Shown here piece by piece: positions 9,657 to 20,691 of a DNA stretch of 64,000 nt. Each line of letters opens with the position of its first letter. Positions within the stretch are counted from its first letter, which is position 1. Source of the stretch: a virus; the IMG/VR virus record IMGVR_UViG_3300005518_000002, positions 17,860 through 81,859 of that record. One strand, written 5' to 3'. The notes under the pieces are model-generated. The model saw only the letters and a program-made list of their open reading frames with translations. It had not been told where the DNA came from and ran no database searches. The position numbers and the translations under genes are program-made.

Positions 9657-12600
9657 TCACCCCTCTCCGTGGACGCGACGGCGCATGATGTCCATCACCC
9701 GAGCGTATGCCCATTTGTCGAGCTGATCCTCCCGGACCTGGTTGGACAGGTGCGGGATGCCGCTGGCCACCAGGGCGAACTGGGATCCGGCCTTGACCGA
9801 GGTGCGCAGCTTCGGCACAGGGAAGCCCGGAGTGTTCACGGCCAGCAGGCCCACCAGGCGGAGCTGTCCGCCGATCCTGCGCCAGTCTCCGGAGACCTGT
9901 CCGGCACCGCGGAGCTCGTGCACACGGCTGCTGTCCGCGCCGGGGCGCACCGCACCGGCCACCCAGATCCCGTGAGCGTCGTTGCCGACCACGACGTCCG
10001 CCACGGCGGCACCCGTGTTGTCGTAGTGGTCGCTGGCAGCGTGAGCGTTGTAGCTGATCGGGGCGTGCCCCGTACCCACGGTGATCTGACCGACGGACAC
10101 CCGGGAGTCGTCCGCACAGACGATCTCGCCCGTCATGAAGTACGGGTGGTCCTCCTCGTGCGGCGGGGTGACGCACACTCCGGCCTGACCGATGTGGCAG
10201 GTACCCCACAGGGCGGCATGACCGTAAACGCGCCCCTCGTTGTCCACGGTGATTCCTGTGGGCACGGAGAGGGCAGGATCCTGGAACCAGGTCACGGGGG
10301 GAGCCCAGCCGGAACCGCTGGCGCGCAGGACCGGACCGGTGAACACGGGCCGCGGAGTACGGGAAGCGCGCAGTGCGCCGATGCGCTCACCCCCGGCAAG
10401 CACGGCTCCCTCTTCATCGAGCAGGGCAATGTACGCCTCAGCGAAGGCGGGGATGTCCACCACCGTGGCTGCACGGATGCGTCCCCGGTGGAACACGATC
10501 TTCTCGGGGGACGCGAACAGCATCTCGAACAGATCGGCTTCCTCCCCGCCCTCCCCGTCCGGCATGTCCGGCCAGACGAGCTCCATGTCCGCGTCCTTGA
10601 TCGAGTCGACGTCTACCGAGACACCGCGGAGGAACTGACCCTTGATCTTGTCGTGGACGCGCTGGCCGTCCTCGTCACCCAGGTCGAGCAGGCCCTCTCC
10701 CATGACCAGGCTGCCCTCACGCCAGATCTTGGTGATGTTGCCGACGTTGACCGCCACGGTGTGCGGCTCCCCGCCGTGACTGTCCTCCTTGTTCCAGCGC
10801 AGGGGGAGGGGGAGGTCTGCCCAGGTGAGGGAGTCGGTGTCGAACTCGCGTCCGTCGCCGGTCTCGATGCCCTCCACGGTGAGGGGCCCGCGCCAGGGGG
10901 CCGTCTTGCCTTCCAGCTCAACGGGTCCTGAGGTGAGCTCCTGCTCCGCCTCGGTAACGACGACTCCCGCCTCCTCCCCGTACTTGTTTTCCTTGATCCT
11001 CTTGTCCTTCTTCGTGCCCTCGCTCGGCTTGGCTCCCAGGTCGGCTTCGGTTGTCATTTCACCGCTCGATTCCGCCGCGTAGAGAGCGGCAAGCTGATCA
11101 TTCGCTTCCTGTTCCGAGGCATGGCATCCGGCAACGCTGCCGTCCGAATCCTTGACTACCGCCCAGGGCTCAGAGGACGGGCATCCGGAATGTCCCTGCA
11201 CCGTGTGCCACGGCATGGTTCCCTCCTCCACCAGGGCTTCGGTCGCGCTCATGATGCCACCGTCGGCCGTTACCGAGTCGTCCAGACCACCCCACACGGC
11301 CAGGAGCGTGCCCCGGCAGCGGGATCCGCCCTGGCATTTTGCGTAGCCCGATCCGCCGCTGGGGTACGCCTCCATCGCATCCTGGCGGGAGACGAACTCC
11401 ATGCCGTCGATGCTGATGCAGGGCTTGCAGGTGTTCTTGTCCAGCGCTTCCGACGCGACGTACTGACCCAGCGGGGCAACCATGAGCACGGCCATGCGTC
11501 CGGTGTTCTGCGCGCCGGTCATCGCGGCACCGATGGCCTCCTCGTCCGAAGCGTCGGACAGCTCGTCCAGAGCACCGTCCACGTCGTCCGCCAGCTCCTC
11601 GCTGTCCCGGCCGGAGCCGAACAGGGCTGCCAGACGCGAACGGGCCGACTGAACCAGCCGGTTGCCCATGATGCTGGCGCGCATGGAAGCGACACCCCGC
11701 AGGATGTCCGAACCCGAGAGTGCGGCAGTCAGACTGTCCAGGGTCCACTCCGGAACCGTGACCCCCTGCTCCTCGGCCTCCCGCTGCTGTGCTTCACCGG
11801 CCTGCTGAGCGAGCAGCAGCATGCGGTGGTACAGGGTCTCGGCCGCTGCCGTGGTGTCCACGGAGATCTGCGGCGAGATCCCCCCGGCCGAAGTGATCTG
11901 CTGCCGGATCTCCCTGCGCCATGAGAGCTTGACCTCCTGCCAGCTGCTCAGTGCATCAGCGACCGCTTCGGTCCAGTCCTTCTGGTGAGCGGCGAAGTCC
12001 CAGCGGCTGGCCTCCTCCAGAGGCGTCAGATTGCGCCTGAGGGGAGCGGCAGCAGCTGTCAGAGCGGCCGTCAGGGGAATGTCGGTGTCTTCGTCGGCGA
12101 AGCTGATGCGGATGCGGTCGAACGTCACCTCCCCCAGCCTCTTCTCCAGCTCCTTGGCCAGGGTGAGGTCCCCGGTGTACGCCGCGCAGATGTGCGCGAC
12201 CCAGGGGGTGTGCTGCGCGGGCAGGGTAGGGTGGTTGTGCATGTACTCCAGTGCCTCGGTGGCCAGAATGTGGGCGAAGGAGAGGCTGCCTCCCAGCTGT
12301 ACGGCTGGCTCAGGTTCTGCGTCGCCCACCGACCACACCCAGCTGGGTGACTCCCCGCCAGCGTTCCAGTGGGAGACGCCGAACACCTTGGCACTGACAG
12401 GGCCGTCCAGCTCCTGAGCGAGCATGGTCATGCTGGAGATGAGCTCCTGGCGCTGCTCCGGCGTCCAGAGCTCCGCATCATCACCCACGAAGAACAGGGT
12501 GCAGTGCAGATCTTCAGCCTTCTCCCCGCCCTTGATCGCCAGACGCTTCGCGTCGGCCACTGTCGGCATGAGCGCGATCATGCAGCCGGACAGATGACTG

Positions 12601-12698
12601 CTGTCACTCGCCATCGTCACCCGGCGCCCGTGGGCCTTCTGGACGTGCTGGCCACGGCGGTGCATGGCCACTCGGTGATCAGAGCCGTGCATGACCAT
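9657..12698 (-). CDS. Fusion: 2H phosphoesterase + MuF-like minor head domain + capsid maturation protease
   Basis: LHCTLFF and WVAHICAAY (two Hx[T/C] motifs); DKNTCKPC...CQGGSRCRG MuF-like Cys motif; EGIETGDGR, GVSVD, RAATVVDIPAF, VSGDWR protease region. Start may be 12692 or 12614. Confidence 0.75.
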   Translation of the reverse strand: MVMHGSDHRVAMHRRGQHVQKAHGRRVTMASDSSHLSGCMIALMPTVADAKRLAIKGGEKAEDLHCTLFFVGDDAELWTPEQRQELISSMTMLAQELDGPVSAKVFGVSHWNAGGESPSWVWSVGDAEPEPAVQLGGSLSFAHILATEALEYMHNHPTLPAQHTPWVAHICAAYTGDLTLAKELEKRLGEVTFDRIRISFADEDTDIPLTAALTAAAAPLRRNLTPLEEASRWDFAAHQKDWTEAVADALSSWQEVKLSWRREIRQQITSAGGISPQISVDTTAAAETLYHRMLLLAQQAGEAQQREAEEQGVTVPEWTLDSLTAALSGSDILRGVASMRASIMGNRLVQSARSRLAALFGSGRDSEELADDVDGALDELSDASDEEAIGAAMTGAQNTGRMAVLMVAPLGQYVASEALDKNTCKPCISIDGMEFVSRQDAMEAYPSGGSGYAKCQGGSRCRGTLLAVWGGLDDSVTADGGIMSATEALVEEGTMPWHTVQGHSGCPSSEPWAVVKDSDGSVAGCHASEQEANDQLAALYAAESSGEMTTEADLGAKPSEGTKKDKRIKENKYGEEAGVVVTEAEQELTSGPVELEGKTAPWRGPLTVEGIETGDGREFDTDSLTWADLPLPLRWNKEDSHGGEPHTVAVNVGNITKIWREGSLVMGEGLLDLGDEDGQRVHDKIKGQFLRGVSVDVDSIKDADMELVWPDMPDGEGGEEADLFEMLFASPEKIVFHRGRIRAATVVDIPAFAEAYIALLDEEGAVLAGGERIGALRASRTPRPVFTGPVLRASGSGWAPPVTWFQDPALSVPTGITVDNEGRVYGHAALWGTCHIGQAGVCVTPPHEEDHPYFMTGEIVCADDSRVSVGQITVGTGHAPISYNAHAASDHYDNTGAAVADVVVGNDAHGIWVAGAVRPGADSSRVHELRGAGQVSGDWRRIGGQLRLVGLLAVNTPGFPVPKLRTSVKAGSQFALVASGIPHLSNQVREDQLDKWAYARVMDIMRRRVHGEG

Positions 12699-14484
12699 TC
12701 CTCACCGGCAGCAGATTGGTGCTGATCATCTTGCTGGTGTCCTGGTAGGGAGAGGGGCCGTCGATCTTCAGCAGGCCGAAGGCGTCCAGATGGCAGACGT
12801 AGGCACCGCTGGTACCGGGTACGGCCTGTGGCGCTGCCGTTCTGATCGCGTAGGTGAACGGACAGCTGTAGACGTGTCCGGTGCACACCTCGGGATGCAG
12901 GAGGTCCCATCTGCTGCCCGCGGTGAACTTGAGCACGTGCTGTGTGGCTGCCTGCCGGGACATGCGCTCCGTGCGTGCGGCGGCCGCCTTGGGAACCGCC
13001 TCCTCGGGCGGCGACGGAGGACCGTGCGCCTCGGGCGGGCCGCCCTCCTCCCCCGGCGGTGGCTTGCCGGTACCGGAGGGCGGCTGGGACGCCTTCGGTG
13101 CGGTGAGCAGGGGATCGAGCACCTTCTTACCGGTGAGCGCGTCCAGCGCAGCAGGCCCGGCGCCCGGCACCGTACGAACCATGATCTTGAGGCCGATGGC
13201 CTCCAGCTCCTCTTCGGTCGGAGCGTCGTCCTCGTCGAACCCGACTTCCCGGCGCAGCGCTGCACCGGACAGCTCCATGCGGTCGTACGCGTCCTTGGCG
13301 TTCTCGCTGCGGTCGGGGCGCAGGGCCAGTTCGCTCATGTCGTACCAGACGACCCACTGCCCGGCGTCAGTGGCGCCGCTGGCAGCCAGTCGCGGCTGGA
13401 GGTACCCCCGGGTGAGGGAGTCGCAGATGAGCTCCGCCACGGGAGCGATGTGCGTCTTGAGCGCCCCTTCCTCCAGCTGCCAGGCACCCCAGTGATTGAC
13501 GTCGCCCATGCCGAGCAGGATCTCCGCGGGCATGTCGAGTTTGGTCGCCAGACGCTTGATCGCGGAATCCCGCTTCTCAATGATCTTCTCGTCGGCCTGG
13601 AGTGTGAAGTCGACGTGGCGGAACTCCTTCAGCACCTCGGCCGGTCCCGTGATCGGAATGGGGATGACGGCGGAGGCAGAGCCGGGGTTCTTGATCGCCT
13701 CAGAAGCGATCTCGATGAACTCCAGCATGAAGGGGTTCGGTTCGTCCAGGAACTCCTCGCGCACCGGGAAGTCGATTTCACTGGGTACGAGGACGACTCC
13801 CGCAGACGCCAGTCGGCTCAGGTAGTCCGCCTGAATCTTCCGGTTGACCAGCTCCAGCTCCCGCAGAACCTCCCGGGCGCTGCGCGCCGGGGAATCGGCC
13901 AGGTGGTAGAACCGGTCGTCCGGCCGCCAGATGCGCACGACCAGGCTGTCCGGACCGAGCTTGCGCCAGTCGCGGCCTGCGTTGACGGACTCCTCGTCCA
14001 TGACGAAGAACGTGCCGGACTCGGCCCTGATCTCATCGACGGAGCGGATCATCCACCTCTCCGTACCGTCGGTGGTCTCACCCACCAGGTAGCCCTCACC
14101 GGGGACGGAGAGGTGGACAGTGGCCCGCTTCAGGATCTGGGACTGCCCGCCCACGCCTCCGCCGAGCATCATCATCAGCTCGGCCGCGGGGCCCTTCATC
14201 TCGATCTCCGGCTCATCTGCGTCCGGCTGGAGCTTCGCCGCGCGCAGCCGGACACGGGAGAGCATGTTGGAGAGCCACCACACCCCGAAGTTGAACTCCC
14301 CCACGGTGGTGTAGTACCGCCACAGCTCGTCCTGCCACGACTCGGTATGGCGCAGAAGCTGATCGCGGGCACCCTTGGCCTGTGTGGCTGCGGCGGTGAG
14401 GGCGGGAGGCGCAGAAGCCGTCAGGGCGGCCGGAACGGAATCCTTGGGCGGGGTGCGCTGGAGCCGGGGGATCCTCCATACCAT
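12679..14484 (-). CDS. Portal protein
   Basis: WQDELWRYY..VGE, RIWRP, ADSPARSA, SRLASAG, NHWGAWQ, WYD..L..RPDRS motifs. Confidence 0.85.
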   Translation of the reverse strand: MVWRIPRLQRTPPKDSVPAALTASAPPALTAAATQAKGARDQLLRHTESWQDELWRYYTTVGEFNFGVWWLSNMLSRVRLRAAKLQPDADEPEIEMKGPAAELMMMLGGGVGGQSQILKRATVHLSVPGEGYLVGETTDGTERWMIRSVDEIRAESGTFFVMDEESVNAGRDWRKLGPDSLVVRIWRPDDRFYHLADSPARSAREVLRELELVNRKIQADYLSRLASAGVVLVPSEIDFPVREEFLDEPNPFMLEFIEIASEAIKNPGSASAVIPIPITGPAEVLKEFRHVDFTLQADEKIIEKRDSAIKRLATKLDMPAEILLGMGDVNHWGAWQLEEGALKTHIAPVAELICDSLTRGYLQPRLAASGATDAGQWVVWYDMSELALRPDRSENAKDAYDRMELSGAALRREVGFDEDDAPTEEELEAIGLKIMVRTVPGAGPAALDALTGKKVLDPLLTAPKASQPPSGTGKPPPGEEGGPPEAHGPPSPPEEAVPKAAAARTERMSRQAATQHVLKFTAGSRWDLLHPEVCTGHVYSCPFTYAIRTAAPQAVPGTSGAYVCHLDAFGLLKIDGPSPYQDTSKMISTNLLPVRNGHARL

Positions 14485-14645
14485 GGCACGCCTCCGATCA
14501 TGAGGTCGTGCTCATGGTAGCCGCTGGCCTGCGGATGACCATTCCCGCAGCACGAAGGCCCCCCGCTGTCCATACGAGGGGCCCTCTGTGCACGCTTCGG
14601 CATACCCACCCGAGAAGCACGTTCAGTGTGCCTTACGCTCGCCAC

Positions 14646-15035
14646 ATGTCCAAAGCCCGATGGACCCTCGGCACGCTCAAAGCGCTGATGGACGAGCGCG
14701 ACACCCGTTACCAGCAGCGCTACGACGCTCAGCAGAAGGCTCTTGACGCTGCGCTGCTGGCGGCGAAAGAGGCCGTACAGGCAGCGCTGCTGGCAGCGAA
14801 GGAAGCCGTACTGAAGGCGGAGCTCTCGGCCGACAAACGTCTCGAACTGCTGAACGAACTGCGAACCGGAGTTGCCACCACGGAGCAGCTGGAGGCGCTG
14901 GACAAGGTCGTCACGAGCCTTTCCAAACGGCTCGACCTGACCGAGGGGCGCAGCATGGGCAGAGGGGCGACGTGGGGATACCTGGTAGCGGGAATCAGTC
15001 TGCTGACCGCGGTACTCGCCTTCCTGCTCCGTTGA
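14646..15035 (+). CDS. Coiled-coil protein with C-terminal membrane anchor, on opposite strand
   Basis: MSKARWTLG...; heptad-rich; ends WGYLVAGISLLTAVLAFLLR. Confidence 0.6.
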   Translation: MSKARWTLGTLKALMDERDTRYQQRYDAQQKALDAALLAAKEAVQAALLAAKEAVLKAELSADKRLELLNELRTGVATTEQLEALDKVVTSLSKRLDLTEGRSMGRGATWGYLVAGISLLTAVLAFLLR

Positions 15036-15269
15036 TCATCCGGGCAGGATCAGTCCGCTCATGTTCGCCACGCCCGCGTTGATCGTGGAAGCCCAGTTGG
15101 TGGCGACGTCCCGGGGCAGCAGGACAGTCAGCGTGGTGGACGTCGTCCGCACGGTGACCATCAGACGGCTTCCGCTAGGGCCGTTGACCGGCGTCACGGA
15201 CATGGCCACGGGAACCTCGGTCAGCAGTCCATTGCTTTCGTCCCAGCCGGATGTTCCGTTGCCGGTCAT
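15036..15269 (-). CDS. Hypothetical protein
   Basis: 77 aa with AAAGGAGG RBS. Confidence 0.6.
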   Translation of the reverse strand: MTGNGTSGWDESNGLLTEVPVAMSVTPVNGPSGSRLMVTVRTTSTTLTVLLPRDVATNWASTINAGVANMSGLILPG

Positions 15270-15361
15270 GACTGCCTCCTTTCATAGCGCCAGACGAGGT
15301 ACAGCACGACACCGACGACAACGCCGGAGCCGAGCAGGGCACCGATCATCTCCAGGATCAT
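15266..15361 (-). CDS. Small membrane protein, 31 aa
   Basis: MILEMIGALLGSGVVVGVVLYLVWRYERRQS; ATGA overlaps on both sides. Confidence 0.55.
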   Translation of the reverse strand: MILEMIGALLGSGVVVGVVLYLVWRYERRQS

Positions 15362-15954
15362 GACGCCGTCCACATCTGGAACAGGTACGTGTCGGGGTGG
15401 TCGTACTCCGGCTGCCAGAGCTCGTGCTTCAGATCCGTCCAGCCTGCCGCCAGGAGCATGTCTTTGACGTCCTGCCAGCCCCAGCCCCAGTAGTGCTCGG
15501 GATTGCGCGTGTGGTTCTCCCCGCACGGCGTGGTGAGGAGGAGGTGCTTCGCCCTGTCCCGGATGGCGCGCAGCAGCGCGTCAGGATCCTCCACGTGCTC
15601 CAGGGTCTCGGAGCAGAGGAACATGTCGACCGCGGGGATCCGGGCCACCGTTTCCTCGATCGGTCCGGAGTAGTAGTACCCACGGACTCCCGGCGGGGGG
15701 AGAACGAGATCCCCCACATGGACGTCGCGCCAGGCGTGGGTGCAGTTCTGAATGATCGCGGCATCTCCGCAGGACAGATCGGCGATCGTCTGCGCCCCGG
15801 TTTCCGCGGCAAACCGGCCGAGCAGCTGGGAGGTTTTGGCCACCCGCTCCAGATGGTCCGGCCACCAGGTGTGGTCGTAGGTGCGGTGGTAGATGCGGGC
15901 GCGCTCTTCATCGGTGTAGAACGGGCGGATCTGCCAGCGGGTCATGACCAGCAC
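15358..15954 (-). CDS. Class I SAM-dependent methyltransferase
   Basis: IADLSCGDA motif I; CSETLEHVEDPDALL; LLLTTP. Confidence 0.8.
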   Translation of the reverse strand: MLVMTRWQIRPFYTDEERARIYHRTYDHTWWPDHLERVAKTSQLLGRFAAETGAQTIADLSCGDAAIIQNCTHAWRDVHVGDLVLPPPGVRGYYYSGPIEETVARIPAVDMFLCSETLEHVEDPDALLRAIRDRAKHLLLTTPCGENHTRNPEHYWGWGWQDVKDMLLAAGWTDLKHELWQPEYDHPDTYLFQMWTAS

Positions 15955-16466
15955 TCCGTGTCCGGCAGCCCGAGGCGGGCCAGATCTCCGGGGGTGACGT
16001 CGTGGGGCTTGCGGCCGTCGCTGAAGAGATGATCCCCGGCATGTTCGGCGATCCAGTCCACGGCCTGTGAACAGATCATCTTGTTGGGGCGGGACACCCG
16101 CTTACGCAGCAGGCGTGTGGTGAGCGGGAGGTGCAGCCGGTAGGCCGAGAGGTAGAAGTAGGTGGTCCAGTTGTACGGGCTGCCCTCCAGTCCCCGGGCA
16201 ATCTGGATCATCATGGCGCGCTGGGAGTCGGACAGGTTGACCCTGTGGAGCACCCGTACGGGATGCCCGTCGTACCGGTCCTGATGACTGAGCACTGCAC
16301 CGCCGGGCTGCGCCTCGAACAGGCGGCCGTCCGGCATCACGAGACCCGCGTGGGTCCATTCGGACAGGTCTCCGTTGATCGCCTGTCCGAGCCAGATGAG
16401 CTTGCCCCCGATGCCCGGGATTTTCGTCAGGAAGATGTCCCCTGCCACTGCTCTGTCGAAGGTCAT
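15942..16466 (-). CDS. Permuted papain-like (YiiX/YebB-type NlpC/P60) hydrolase
   Basis: GDIFL, WTHAGLV, GSPYNW, MICSQAV (His precedes Cys). Confidence 0.75.
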   Translation of the reverse strand: MTFDRAVAGDIFLTKIPGIGGKLIWLGQAINGDLSEWTHAGLVMPDGRLFEAQPGGAVLSHQDRYDGHPVRVLHRVNLSDSQRAMMIQIARGLEGSPYNWTTYFYLSAYRLHLPLTTRLLRKRVSRPNKMICSQAVDWIAEHAGDHLFSDGRKPHDVTPGDLARLGLPDTECWS

Positions 16467-16900
16467 GCCCACTCCTTGGAAGCGATCAGTGCGCTGGCGC
16501 CCCAGACGGCGGGCCAGACGAGCAGCGGAGCCGGGAGACCGACGGCGAACGCCGCGCCGAGGGTCAGGCCGAGGGACACATACGCGCTGACGCACCACGG
16601 GCAGCTGATCAGGTCTCCGAGCCAGAACGGAGCCCAGCCGACTTTGCGTACGTAGATCTGGACCTCTTCCTCCACCAGACCGAACATCCCGAGTCCGGGC
16701 ACATTGGTGAGACTGCCCTTCTCAATCTGCCCGGTGGGGTAGCTCTCGTGATGCTGCTCCTTGGTGGTGGGACGGCGCCAGCCCCCGGCCAGCCTGTCGC
16801 GCACCCAGAGCACGGGCGGGAAGTCGTCTTTGGTGATCAGCCGTGTGAGCCGGTAGGAGCCGAGCACGAGCACGATCAGCAGGAGCCAGAGCGGCATCAC
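16463..16900 (-). CDS. DUF1360-like membrane protein
   Basis: YRLTRLITKD and LISCPWCVSAY with TM helices. Confidence 0.7.
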   Translation of the reverse strand: MMPLWLLLIVLVLGSYRLTRLITKDDFPPVLWVRDRLAGGWRRPTTKEQHHESYPTGQIEKGSLTNVPGLGMFGLVEEEVQIYVRKVGWAPFWLGDLISCPWCVSAYVSLGLTLGAAFAVGLPAPLLVWPAVWGASALIASKEWA

Positions 16901-17031
16901 GCACCGCCGGTTTCACTGTTCACGGGTCACTGTCCTTTGATCTTGGGCACGGGACGTCCAACGTCTCAGATTGGAGGTGGTCGGCCGGACGTCCCGCTAC
17001 CTGGCAGACGTCCGGCCGGACCGGTTGGTTC

Positions 17032-17403
17032 CTAGCTGGCGGGAGCCTTCAGCTGAACGGGTCCGGACACTGTCGAAGCCGGTACGGGCGCTACGACATT
17101 CTGCCGGGTGATGTAGCCGAGGATCAGTGCGAGACCGCCCAGGAACATGGTCTGCTTCTCCGCGGACCAGTCGAGACCGAGACCGGTGAACAGGGAAATC
17201 GCAGCCTGGACGAAGCCGAGTGCGGCGGCAATGATCCCGTCCCCGACCATGAACGCCACGATCAGGCCGAAACCGGCGGTGACGAGTGCAGTGATGATCG
17301 CCTGCCACTTGGGGCTGACGTCGATGCCGAAGGACGTCAGTACCTGGATACCGGCCGACACCAGGCCCAGCCAGACGGCGAGCTCTCTTCCGAAGACCTT
17401 CAT
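17032..17403 (-). CDS. Holin-like membrane protein
   Basis: MKVFGRE..., four hydrophobic helices, ITRQNVVAPV C-terminus. Confidence 0.7.
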   Translation of the reverse strand: MKVFGRELAVWLGLVSAGIQVLTSFGIDVSPKWQAIITALVTAGFGLIVAFMVGDGIIAAALGFVQAAISLFTGLGLDWSAEKQTMFLGGLALILGYITRQNVVAPVPASTVSGPVQLKAPAS

Positions 17404-17450
17404 ACTTCCTTCTCTCCACGGGCGGCACGCATGGAATATAGCGCACCGGT

Positions 17451-18839
17451 TCAGCCAATTTTGCGGCTGACTGCTGCGAGCCCCTTACCGCCGGATTTGT
17501 TGCCGGTCATCATCAGCTTGACGATCCGCTGATGCCACGCTGGCCACACCATCGCGTCCAGCCGGTCGGGAGACCAGTCGAGCTCTTCGTGCCATGTACA
17601 CAGCTGGTCCTCAAGCTCAGGATGCACCCCGACGAGGTGCCAGCGGTTCTGCTCGGTCAGCGCGCTGACGGGGGAAGCACGGACCTTCTTCCCCCGGCTG
17701 GCTGTGACCTTGCGCACCGGGATGCTGATCCCCATGGAGTCCGCGGCCGCGCGGATCGTGCCGATCGCCATGTCGCCCCCGTAGTTGATCTCTACGCAGA
17801 TGTCGTCCGCCTCGTAGTCGACGGCAGCCTGGACAGCGCGCCGCCCCCATCCGTCAGGGGTGAGGTGACAGGTACGGTCGGCCAGCACGAAGCCGTGTGC
17901 CAGGGGAGTGCGCAGCCGGGCATCCTCCGTCTCCCGGGTGATGAGGGACTTGCCGACAACGACGATGCCCTGCTCCCCGGCTCCGCCCGACGGGTCCACT
18001 CCGACGCTGCGCCGGACGTTGGGGGTCATGAGATCGAGATTCGGTATGCGGCTGGAGTCGAGACCGGCGTGGGTCCACAGTGCGTTCTCGTCCTGGTCGA
18101 GGACTTCGGCATGCAGCTCCTGACGGCCCAGCTGCGTACCGCCGTACTCGTCCTCCAGCTCCTGGCGGAGCTCCCCGTCCAGGTGGGGGTTGTCGTACAT
18201 GGAGGCACGGGAGACGGAGACGTTGCGGAACTCCCCGCGGTCCAGCTTTTTGATCAGCGGACGTGGCTTCGGCGTGGTCGATGCAACCCAGTGGGGCCGC
18301 TGTCCGACGCGGAGACCGAAACGCATGTGAGGCCAGCACGCGTCGAGGTAGCGCCAGGCTGCAAGCTCTTCTGCCCAGACCACACAACGGTTACCACCGG
18401 AACGAAGACGTTCAACATCCTCCGGAGTATGCGCACCAAACAGCTTCGCCTCGGATCCATTGGGCCAGCGTACGGACAGACCACCGGCACCGGAGAACAT
18501 GCGTGCGTCGGGGTTGTGCGCCTTGAGGCCCGAAGGTCCGTTGACGCAGCTCGTCGCCGCGTCGCCGAGAGTGGGAGCGATGATGCCGATCCAGTGCGGG
18601 GTGTGACCGGGCAGGCACGGCGGACCGTTGACATGATCGGTGATGTACTTGGCGCAGGCGTCCGTCTTACCGGCGCCGCGCCCCGCGAGCAGCAGCCAGC
18701 CCCGCCAGTCGCCCGGGGGAGGAATCTGGTGAGGCAGGGGCTGCCACTTGACGATGGACATGGCACGCAGATGCATGGCCAGCCGGTCGCTGGCCCCGCG
18801 TGCGATGCTGCCCTTCGCGCTCATGTGATCAGTGTGCAT
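17451..18839 (-). CDS. terL: Terminase large subunit
   Basis: Walker A AGRGAGKT, Walker B VWAEE, STTPKP, GVDPS and SPDRLDAMVW nuclease motifs. Confidence 0.92.
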   Translation of the reverse strand: MHTDHMSAKGSIARGASDRLAMHLRAMSIVKWQPLPHQIPPPGDWRGWLLLAGRGAGKTDACAKYITDHVNGPPCLPGHTPHWIGIIAPTLGDAATSCVNGPSGLKAHNPDARMFSGAGGLSVRWPNGSEAKLFGAHTPEDVERLRSGGNRCVVWAEELAAWRYLDACWPHMRFGLRVGQRPHWVASTTPKPRPLIKKLDRGEFRNVSVSRASMYDNPHLDGELRQELEDEYGGTQLGRQELHAEVLDQDENALWTHAGLDSSRIPNLDLMTPNVRRSVGVDPSGGAGEQGIVVVGKSLITRETEDARLRTPLAHGFVLADRTCHLTPDGWGRRAVQAAVDYEADDICVEINYGGDMAIGTIRAAADSMGISIPVRKVTASRGKKVRASPVSALTEQNRWHLVGVHPELEDQLCTWHEELDWSPDRLDAMVWPAWHQRIVKLMMTGNKSGGKGLAAVSRKIG

Positions 18840-18872
18840 CAGCGGGGACCGGACACTTTCCGGCCGGGCACT

Positions 18873-19079
18873 TCAGCTGGCTATGTGAACGCTGACCTTG
18901 CCAAGGATGTCTCCGATGACCGGCCACACCTGCGGTCCCCAGGACGTCGTCGTTCCCATGGAGATCCCGGTGAGGATGGCGATCACCGCGACAATCTTCG
19001 TCACCCGCTGGCGGCCGGAGAGGAAAGCCAGCAGAACGAGAACAGCGAAGATCCATAAACCTACGGTTATGTTTGTCAT
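18873..19079 (-). CDS. Small membrane protein
   Basis: 68 aa, two hydrophobic segments. Confidence 0.55.
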   Translation of the reverse strand: MTNITVGLWIFAVLVLLAFLSGRQRVTKIVAVIAILTGISMGTTTSWGPQVWPVIGDILGKVSVHIAS

Positions 19080-19115
19080 TCCACCGAAGCTACTCGTCCA
19101 GCTCAGGACAGCAAG

Positions 19116-19152
19116 AAGACCCCTCCGCGAGGCAGATACCCGGAGGGGTCTT
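19116..19152 (-). terminator. GC hairpin, probable terminator
   Basis: AAGACCCCTCCG...CGGAGGGGTCTT, followed by CTT on the minus strand. Confidence 0.55.
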
Positions 19153-19216
19153 CACCCGTGAACCGGAAGTCGGTGAGACTCCGAATCACGGACCAGCATA
19201 GCCGCACCCGGTGCAC

Positions 19217-19250
19217 AGAAAACCCCCGCTGTCAGGAGCGGGGGTTTTCT
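19217..19250. terminator. Bidirectional intrinsic terminator
   Basis: AGAAAACCCCCGCT-GTCAGG-AGCGGGGGTTTTCT. Confidence 0.85.
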
Positions 19251-19375
19251 GGAGCGGCGTGTCCTGCCAGGGACGACAGGAGCAGACTACCGCAGGGAAC
19301 CAGCGCCACGTGGGTTTAGACGTCCTGGTCGGCCTTGAGCCCCCGGACTCGCCAGTTCCCTGCTCACTCAGACTA

Positions 19376-20632
<1,257 letters not shown>

Positions 20633-20691
20633 CTACCAGGGCCGTGCCCAAGGGTGGAACGGTAGAGGGTGAAACCCGATTCACCAAACGG

